This document shows positions 15,237-20,499 of a stretch of DNA of 20,499 nucleotides, piece after piece. The notes below the pieces were generated by a model, which was given only the letters and a program-made list of their open reading frames with translations, was not told where the DNA came from and searched no databases. This stretch comes from a virus. Made by a program: the position numbers and the translations under genes. The DNA lies in IMG/VR virus record IMGVR_UViG_3300028189_000067, one strand, 5' to 3'. Within the stretch, counting starts at the first letter, position 1. Each line of letters begins with the position of its first letter.

Positions 15237-16196
15237 CTATTTTTTCTCTTTTCTGCTCTTTCTGGCTGATTTTCTTTTCTCAGAACGATTCAAAGTTTTA
15301 CCTGCTGCTTTTTCAGCTTCTTTTTCTTCTTCTTCAGAAATGTTATGGGGTCTACTTTCCATATCATTACCATGTGCAGCAAAGTCCAGATTACCAAGTG
15401 CTGGTAAAGTTCCATTGAAAACATAAGAACCGACATGGCCAAGTTTCATCCAAGGACACAACCAAGTTGAAATACCAATCTTGCGAGTGAACTGACAGAA
15501 CATATAATCTTCTGAAAGATAGCGGTCACTTCCACCAGACCCCTTTCCAGCAAATGCTTCAGAGTCAATCACAGTATCAAAGAATGCGTGAATGTATCTT
15601 GAACCATCAAAGTTTTCTGACCGATTGTGGTCAGGCTTGTAGGAAAACTGAGGATATGCATCTCTAAACTTCTCCAAAACTTCTCTGGCAATCAACATAA
15701 AGCCAGTTCCAATTTCAAGAACTTCAACTGGTTCTGATACTTTGATTTCTGTTGTTCCACCAATCGGATTGAACACAAAGTCACCAGTAAATTCTTCAAG
15801 TTTGGTGGGGTCATCATCCGCCATTCCAGCATCAACTGCGTTACGAACTTTCTCCCAAGCAATAACTTTTTTAGGATAGGGTGCGCCAATAATCTCTTTA
15901 TCAAGTGCTGCCAAAGTCAAAACATCATTTGGATTAAAGTGTATGTCTGAATCAATGAACATCAAATGAGTATAAGGACTACGGAGAAATTCATCAACCA
16001 GATAATTTCTTGCGCGTGTAATTAGACTTTCATTAAACAAATAGAAAAACCTTACATCCATACCATACTGAGTGGCTATGGTTGCTAGGTCAGCTGTAGA
16101 CTTTGTGTACATTCCAGAACACATACCACCATACATGGGTGTTGCTACAAAGATTTTCTTTTTGCGGAGTTCTTCAATTTTAATTTCAATTTCCAT
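15237..16196 (-). CDS. GT-A fold (GT2-like) glycosyltransferase-like protein
   Basis: IFVATPMYGG ... NESLITRARN ... HLMFIDSDI (DxD) ... LSEDYMFC ... KLGHVG. Charged low-complexity tail. Confidence 0.8.
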   Translation of the reverse strand: MEIEIKIEELRKKKIFVATPMYGGMCSGMYTKSTADLATIATQYGMDVRFFYLFNESLITRARNYLVDEFLRSPYTHLMFIDSDIHFNPNDVLTLAALDKEIIGAPYPKKVIAWEKVRNAVDAGMADDDPTKLEEFTGDFVFNPIGGTTEIKVSEPVEVLEIGTGFMLIAREVLEKFRDAYPQFSYKPDHNRSENFDGSRYIHAFFDTVIDSEAFAGKGSGGSDRYLSEDYMFCQFTRKIGISTWLCPWMKLGHVGSYVFNGTLPALGNLDFAAHGNDMESRPHNISEEEEKEAEKAAGKTLNRSEKRKSARKSRKEKK

Positions 16197-16219
16197 TAAG
16201 TTTACCTTTCACTAGGACA

Positions 16220-16254
16220 TAAAAAAATAAAGGATAACAGTTTCCCATTACCCC
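16220..16254 (-). terminator. Rho-independent terminator overlapping the P7 start region
   Basis: GGGGTAATGG-GAAA-CTGTTATCCT (10 bp including G-U pairs) followed by TTATTTTTTT. Confidence 0.65.
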
Positions 16255-16256
16255 TT

Positions 16257-16285
16257 AGTATAACATATTTATAAGTTGCTGTCAA
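16257..16285 (-). promoter_or_regulatory. Sigma70-type promoter P7 (TTGACA-N17-TATACT) with a late TATAAATA motif (16266-16273) in its spacer
   Basis: TTGACAgcaactTATAAATAtgtTATACT. The -35 contains the TGA stop of 16282..16500. Confidence 0.7.
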
Positions 16286-16500
16286 GAGCCTCTGTTTTTC
16301 TTAGTGTTCTCAAGAGTAGTTTTGGCTCTTTCAAGTTTTTTCTTACGAAGCTTTTCAATTTCTTCTGGAGTTTTTGAAAGTTTCTTATCTTTCAAAATTT
16401 TAGTTGTAAGTTCAACTCCGGCTTCATGAGCATCAATTGTATTTGTAAGTCTTTCAATTGCAGATTCTCTTCGCAGTTCTTTACCAGAATGACCTTCCAT
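16282..16500 (-). CDS. Hypothetical protein, 72 aa, basic helical
   Basis: GGAGG SD. Start overlaps the upstream stop (TAATG). Confidence 0.75.
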   Translation of the reverse strand: MEGHSGKELRRESAIERLTNTIDAHEAGVELTTKILKDKKLSKTPEEIEKLRKKKLERAKTTLENTKKNRGS

Positions 16501-16778
16501 TAGTTGCCTCCAGTTATTTCAACACAAGAATCACGCCAGTCGCCCAACTCTTCTGTAAAGTCTCCATCAGCTGTGTCAGTCTTGAAACTGACTGGCCTTG
16601 TATTGCCCCCGCTTGGGTCATCCCACATATCGCAGGGTAGAGGATTTTTGTTCGTTCCATAATCAAGATTTGGTTCATTTTCAAATACATGAACTGAACC
16701 ATCTAAATCTCTAGCCATAAAATTAAAGTTGGCTGGAACCAATGTTTCTACTACTATTTTTCGTAGTGTTTCTGACAT
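16500..16778 (-). CDS. Hypothetical protein, 92 aa (ARDxDG...EP...W pattern)
   Basis: AAGG SD and operon packing. Confidence 0.75.
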   Translation of the reverse strand: MSETLRKIVVETLVPANFNFMARDLDGSVHVFENEPNLDYGTNKNPLPCDMWDDPSGGNTRPVSFKTDTADGDFTEELGDWRDSCVEITGGN

Positions 16779-16830
16779 TTTTACCTTTTATAATAATAAA
16801 AATTTTGAAGCTTCAAACATAGATAACCAT

Positions 16831-17025
16831 TTACCTATGTCCACTCCAATTCAAATAAGGATCATCGTACATTTCCATTTGGATACGTTCGCGTGCCCTC
16901 TCTCTAGCCATGTCTGCTTTTAGCTCGACTCTGGCAGATACTTCAGAAGATATTTCTACAAAATCTATTTCTGCATTTTCATCTTCTATCAATTCTTCAA
17001 TTAGTTGTTTTTTCATTATACCCAT
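16831..17025 (-). CDS. Hypothetical acidic protein, 64 aa (start could be 17016)
   Basis: ORF directly downstream of tRNA-Pro. Confidence 0.6.
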   Translation of the reverse strand: MGIMKKQLIEELIEDENAEIDFVEISSEVSARVELKADMARERARERIQMEMYDDPYLNWSGHR

Positions 17026-17044
17026 AATACATCTCTTTTAAATT

Positions 17045-17121
17045 TGGTCGGCGTAACACGATTTGAACGTGTGACCTCTTGCTCCCAAAGCAAGCGTTCT
17101 ACCAAGCTGAACTATACGCCG
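17045..17121 (-). tRNA. tRNA-Pro(TGG), CCA encoded
   Basis: Acceptor CGGCGTA/TACGCCG-A-CCA; anticodon arm CTTGC-TT-TGG-GA-GCAAG; T loop TTCAAAT. Confidence 0.97.
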
Positions 17122-17123
17122 TT

Positions 17124-17200
17124 TGGGTTGACGGACGAGGCTTGAACTCGCAACATCCAGTTCCACAAACTGGTGCTCTACCAGTTGAGCTACCGTCAAC
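17124..17200 (-). tRNA. tRNA-His(GTG), encoded G-1:C73 and CCA
   Basis: G-TTGACGG/CCGTCAA-C-CCA; anticodon arm CCAGT-TT-GTG-GA-ACTGG; T loop TTCAAGC. Confidence 0.97.
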
Positions 17201-17202
17201 AT

Positions 17203-17278
17203 TGGAGCTGGTGATTGGATTTGAACCAACGACTTTCTCATTACAAATGAGATGCTCTACCAACTGAGCTACACCAGC
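17203..17278 (-). tRNA. tRNA-Thr(TGT), CCA encoded
   Basis: Acceptor GCTGGTG/CACCAGC-T-CCA; anticodon arm TCTCA-TT-TGT-AA-TGAGA; T loop TTCAAAT. Confidence 0.97.
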
Positions 17279-17634
17279 TAGAATTTTCCTTTATTTTCAA
17301 TTACTCTACATTTTATTAATCTAGTCCATCTTATTCTATTGCCCGATTCATTAAGAAAAAAATTATTAGTTCCTTTCCATTTTACAAATCCCTTTATCGT
17401 TAGACAATCATCCTTTTCGTAAGGAATCAATTTTTTAGGACAATCATATTGTTCGACATCTCTCTTATAAGGCTCTATGCCATTATACCATCCAAAATAA
17501 AATTCATCTCTAGTAATTCCATAGGTAATTATAAATGATTCTTTATCTACAATTTTTACTATTTTTACAAAAGGGTCTATTTCTTCTCCAAGTTTATATG
17601 TGGTTTTCTTCCCCACATTTTTTTTCATATTCAT
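17278..17634 (-). CDS. Hypothetical protein, 118 aa, visibly AT-rich
   Basis: Fills the gap between the AAA gene and tRNA-Thr. No SD and no recognisable motif. Confidence 0.6.
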   Translation of the reverse strand: MNMKKNVGKKTTYKLGEEIDPFVKIVKIVDKESFIITYGITRDEFYFGWYNGIEPYKRDVEQYDCPKKLIPYEKDDCLTIKGFVKWKGTNNFFLNESGNRIRWTRLIKCRVIENKGKF

Positions 17635-17639
17635 ATAAA

Positions 17640-18842
17640 TTAAAAGGGTGTACGATCAACATTAGTTTCTTCTACAGAAATCTCTTCAACTGTTTCAGTT
17701 GACTCTTCATCAGTTACTACGACTTCTGAATCACACTTTGAATACAGGTCAAGAAAACTAGTTTTTGTATCATCATCAAAACGAGCGATACACATTTCAA
17801 TAGCTTTCTTACGATCACTAAAGATTGCATACGCATTAACTATGTGAACCAGACGCCGTGTCGCGATGATTTCATCAATTCCACCTTCATAAAAGGTTTT
17901 ACGAATGATGTCTGCCCAAGTAACTAACTTCTCAGCAAAATCACCATACTCAGTAATATCAAGACTAGCAAAAACTTTATCGAGAATCTTTCTCTCAACT
18001 GACATTGAAGGATACTCTTGTTCAACTGTGATAGGAAATCTTTCAAGGAAAGCTTCGTTCAAAATGTTAGTTCCGATAAAGCGTCCATCTTCTGAACCTT
18101 TACCTTTAGTGTTAGCAGTTGCCAAAACATTAAAACCAACAGAAGGAGAAACGAACCGATTTACTTTTTTCAGATAAACACCCTTGCCTTCAAGTACGGG
18201 CTGTAAACACATAATCTTGGAAGATGCTAAATCAATCTCATCAAGGAGAAGTATCGCACCACGTTCCATGGCTTTAACAACTGGGCCATCTTGCCAAACT
18301 GTATTACCATCAATCAACGCGTAGTGACCGAGCAAATCATCTTCATCAGTTTCTACTGTAATGTTCACTCTGAAATATTCACGTTTGGCTTTTGCACAAG
18401 CCTGTTCTACCATGAAAGTTTTTCCGTTTCCAGAAAGACCAGTAATAAAAGCTGGGTAATATCTACCAGACTTAATAATACTGAAAACATCATTGAAATT
18501 ACCAAAAGGTACATACAATGGATCTTTTTCTGGAACAAGATTTTCTGTAGGATTGTGATATGCCACAACTGACTCTTCACCAACTTCAGAATTTTTCATC
18601 ACAGGAAGTTTTACTTTTTTAGGTTTTACAGGAGTAATCACATCTCCGTCTACTGGAAGTTTAAATTTACCAGTACCCACACGATATGGTGCACGAACAA
18701 ACCAAGTTGGACAACAAATGCCAGATTTTTCAGCGAATGTTGTAACTTTATCTTTCGTTAATATAGCACCCACACCATATTCAGTAGATGCGAGGTCAAC
18801 AAATTTCTTTTTCGCGGGACTTAAATTCATAATCATTCTCAT
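17640..18842 (-). CDS. MoxR/CobS-like AAA+ ATPase of T4-like phages
   Basis: GLSGNGKT (Walker A), LLDEID (Walker B), ATANTKG (sensor 1), AFLERF (Arg finger), ATRRL. About 100-aa N-terminal extension. Start could be 18836 or 18830. Confidence 0.9.
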   Translation of the reverse strand: MRMIMNLSPAKKKFVDLASTEYGVGAILTKDKVTTFAEKSGICCPTWFVRAPYRVGTGKFKLPVDGDVITPVKPKKVKLPVMKNSEVGEESVVAYHNPTENLVPEKDPLYVPFGNFNDVFSIIKSGRYYPAFITGLSGNGKTFMVEQACAKAKREYFRVNITVETDEDDLLGHYALIDGNTVWQDGPVVKAMERGAILLLDEIDLASSKIMCLQPVLEGKGVYLKKVNRFVSPSVGFNVLATANTKGKGSEDGRFIGTNILNEAFLERFPITVEQEYPSMSVERKILDKVFASLDITEYGDFAEKLVTWADIIRKTFYEGGIDEIIATRRLVHIVNAYAIFSDRKKAIEMCIARFDDDTKTSFLDLYSKCDSEVVVTDEESTETVEEISVEETNVDRTPF

Positions 18843-18886
18843 TTAGGTTATTGAGTGAAAAACCCTTTCTCACTCTTTCATGTACT

Positions 18887-18915
18887 ATTATACAGATTTG
18901 AAAGTCATCTGTCAA
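18887..18915 (-). promoter_or_regulatory. Sigma70-type promoter P8 (TTGACA-N17-TATAAT) followed by a hairpin at 18853-18875
   Basis: TTGACAgatgactttcaaatctgTATAAT, then GAGTGAGAAA-ggg-TTTTTCACTC. Confidence 0.8.
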
Positions 18916-18943
18916 GACAATAATGCAATTATCTTGCTTTTTT

Positions 18944-20499
18944 TTATGCTGCCACCATGTCAACGAACTTGGAAAGAAGAACACGATTTTTCAACTTACC
19001 CTTGTTGAACTTAGCAAATGCTCTCTTGATTTCGCCCTTTTTGGCATCTTCTTTTGTTTCAAAAATTGATTCTTCGACTCCAAGGTTTTTTCCACCTTTA
19101 ATCAAATACAACTCAGACCATCCACCATAATTTTCAGCAATGATATGACCTTCTTTTCTGAATTTGGAAAGAATCACTTGTGGTGGAATATCAGCAGTAG
19201 AAAATTCTGACGCATCATATTTTTTGAATATATCTATTATGTAAAAATTGACAACATTACAACTATGTTTGTCGCGAAGAGCTTCGACTAACGCGTTTGT
19301 TACAGAACCACGACTAAATCTAATATAGTAACTGTCAGATATCTCATATTCTTTTTTGGTAACGGTGTCACGAAGAAGGACGTGATTTTTACTACCAAAA
19401 CGCTCAGTTTCTGAGTCATCTCTACGTTTCCAAACTGAATGACCACCAAAAGACTCTCCATCAGTAAGATAAATTAAGTTTACAATCTGTACTCCATTTT
19501 TTGCTTTAAACTCTGGAATAAAAGTGTTTATTGCCAAAAGTGAAGCATTCAACGGAGTTCCACCAAGTGACAATTTACTAGGAAGAGTTCTATAACTGGA
19601 GTCGTAATAATGACTATAAGTTCTATCGTAAGCACCAGCTATGGCTGTCATATTGATATACGCAGTATGTAGTTCGTTTGCTCTCATTCTTGAAGAAAAC
19701 ACATTCAAAAGATGATGTTTATCAATAACTAAATCACCTTCTTTTCCACCATCTTTATGAGTCCAACTTTCAGAATCATGTCTATCAGTTGACTTCATAA
19801 ACTCTGAATGATATGAATCTGAAAACAGAAAAACTTCAAAAGGAATGTTGACTCTTTTGGCGAACATCACCAGAACCATCATTTGGTCAATCGTACCTTT
19901 AATATTGCGACCCATAGAACCAGACCAATCAACAACCATAACCAAACCATGATTCTTACCATCGGCAGTTACGTTAATCTTTCTGAAAATATGTTCGTTG
20001 TATTTGTAAGTATGAAGCATTCCAGTATCAATGATTCCAGAGTTAGCTGTTGCCGTTCTGGAATGTGCATCGGCTGCTTTCTTCATTTCAAATTCTTTTG
20101 CAAGGTACTCTACAGTTTTCTTGTTTTTGTTTCTAAAATCTACAAAGTCTTTACCAGCTTCTGTTATCTCTTCTGTGCGGTCATGAGTTTCACCTCCGCG
20201 GACATACTCTTCACCAGAAACACTATAGTGATCAGAAATTACTTTATGAATCTCTTTATGGTCAATAATAATATTATCAAGATTTGCGACAGGAAGATTT
20301 ACATAAAACATTGAAGCACTCTCATCCGTAGTGACTAATTCACTTTCGCGTGAACGAAAGTTTTCATCAGTTGTAGAATGGGGAATGTAAGGTTCATCAG
20401 AAGGTGAACCAACTCCAGCTCCAGGCCCCATTGAATTTGAATCTTTTTCACCTTCTCCATCAGAGTTTCCAGAACCTGCTTTTGATTTGTCTCCATCTT
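18944..20499 (-). CDS. VWA (MIDAS) domain protein, CobT-like partner of the AAA ATPase; 5' end outside the window
   Basis: VVDWSGSM (DxSxS), GGTPLN, LTDGES. The frame stays open upstream of track start 20431 (DGDKSKAGSGNSDGEGEKDSNS), the acidic Gly/Ser linker typical of these proteins. Confidence 0.88.
   Translation of the reverse strand, partial: DGDKSKAGSGNSDGEGEKDSNSMGPGAGVGSPSDEPYIPHSTTDENFRSRESELVTTDESASMFYVNLPVANLDNIIIDHKEIHKVISDHYSVSGEEYVRGGETHDRTEEITEAGKDFVDFRNKNKKTVEYLAKEFEMKKAADAHSRTATANSGIIDTGMLHTYKYNEHIFRKINVTADGKNHGLVMVVDWSGSMGRNIKGTIDQMMVLVMFAKRVNIPFEVFLFSDSYHSEFMKSTDRHDSESWTHKDGGKEGDLVIDKHHLLNVFSSRMRANELHTAYINMTAIAGAYDRTYSHYYDSSYRTLPSKLSLGGTPLNASLLAINTFIPEFKAKNGVQIVNLIYLTDGESFGGHSVWKRRDDSETERFGSKNHVLLRDTVTKKEYEISDSYYIRFSRGSVTNALVEALRDKHSCNVVNFYIIDIFKKYDASEFSTADIPPQVILSKFRKEGHIIAENYGGWSELYLIKGGKNLGVEESIFETKEDAKKGEIKRAFAKFNKGKLKNRVLLSKFVDMVAA

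Noticed and set aside
16804-16817. Perfect 14-bp palindrome TTTGAAGCTTCAAA in an intergenic gap
   Set aside because: Single copy, no adjacent promoter and no loop for a terminator. Noted only.
17038-17267. ORFs 17038..17241 (-) and 17079..17267 (+)
   Set aside because: They are readings through the three tRNA genes.
18870-18881. Leaderless mini-ORF M-K-E-stop after P8
   Set aside because: Three codons. Cannot be distinguished from chance.
287-20314. All plus-strand ORFs in the track, and alternative-frame minus ORFs (561..764, 15692..15904, 16514..16702, 18796..18984)
   Set aside because: They overlap well-supported minus-strand genes, lack SD sites and lack recognisable motifs. Treated as shadow ORFs.
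17640-20499. Cobalamin-biosynthesis (cobaltochelatase CobS/CobT) auxiliary metabolic genes
   Set aside because: Only generic AAA+ and VWA motifs are visible, with no cobN or other cob genes in the window. A MoxR-type chaperone pair is the safer call.
1-20499. GATC avoidance as a clue to nuclease specificity; CRISPR array; transposase or integrase
   Set aside because: GATC occurs readily (e.g. 1867, 2536, 3314). A k-mer depletion analysis on the full genome would be needed for other sites. No regularly spaced repeats or mobile-element enzymes were seen.

Overview
A 20.5-kb, AT-rich segment of a large T4-like myovirus, probably marine. Almost everything is on the minus strand. In transcription order (right to left) it carries: a VWA-domain protein (truncated by the window) and a MoxR/CobS-like AAA+ ATPase; three CCA-encoding tRNAs (Thr-TGT, His-GTG, Pro-TGG); a GT-A glycosyltransferase; the replisome genes gp45-gp44-[insert]-gp62-regA; dUTPase; a small membrane protein; Hsp20; a late-promoter operon with an M15 endolysin; DNA polymerase gp43; several small ORFs; two tandem 2OG-Fe(II) oxygenase-like paralogs; and uvsX (truncated). 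Best leads: (1) A four-gene cassette (Dam-like MTase, beta-class MTase, putative PD-(D/E)xK nuclease, second beta-class MTase) splits the normally adjacent clamp-loader genes 44 and 62. Both beta-class MTases end in a peptide resembling the polymerase's own C-terminal clamp-binding motif, which suggests sliding-clamp-tethered, replication-coupled methylation. (2) The hsp20 leader has four hairpins, and the last is a close match to a ROSE-type RNA thermometer. (3) Eight sigma70-type promoters are present; two fit leaderless transcripts and three are followed directly by a hairpin. All family assignments come from motif recognition by eye; no searches were run.
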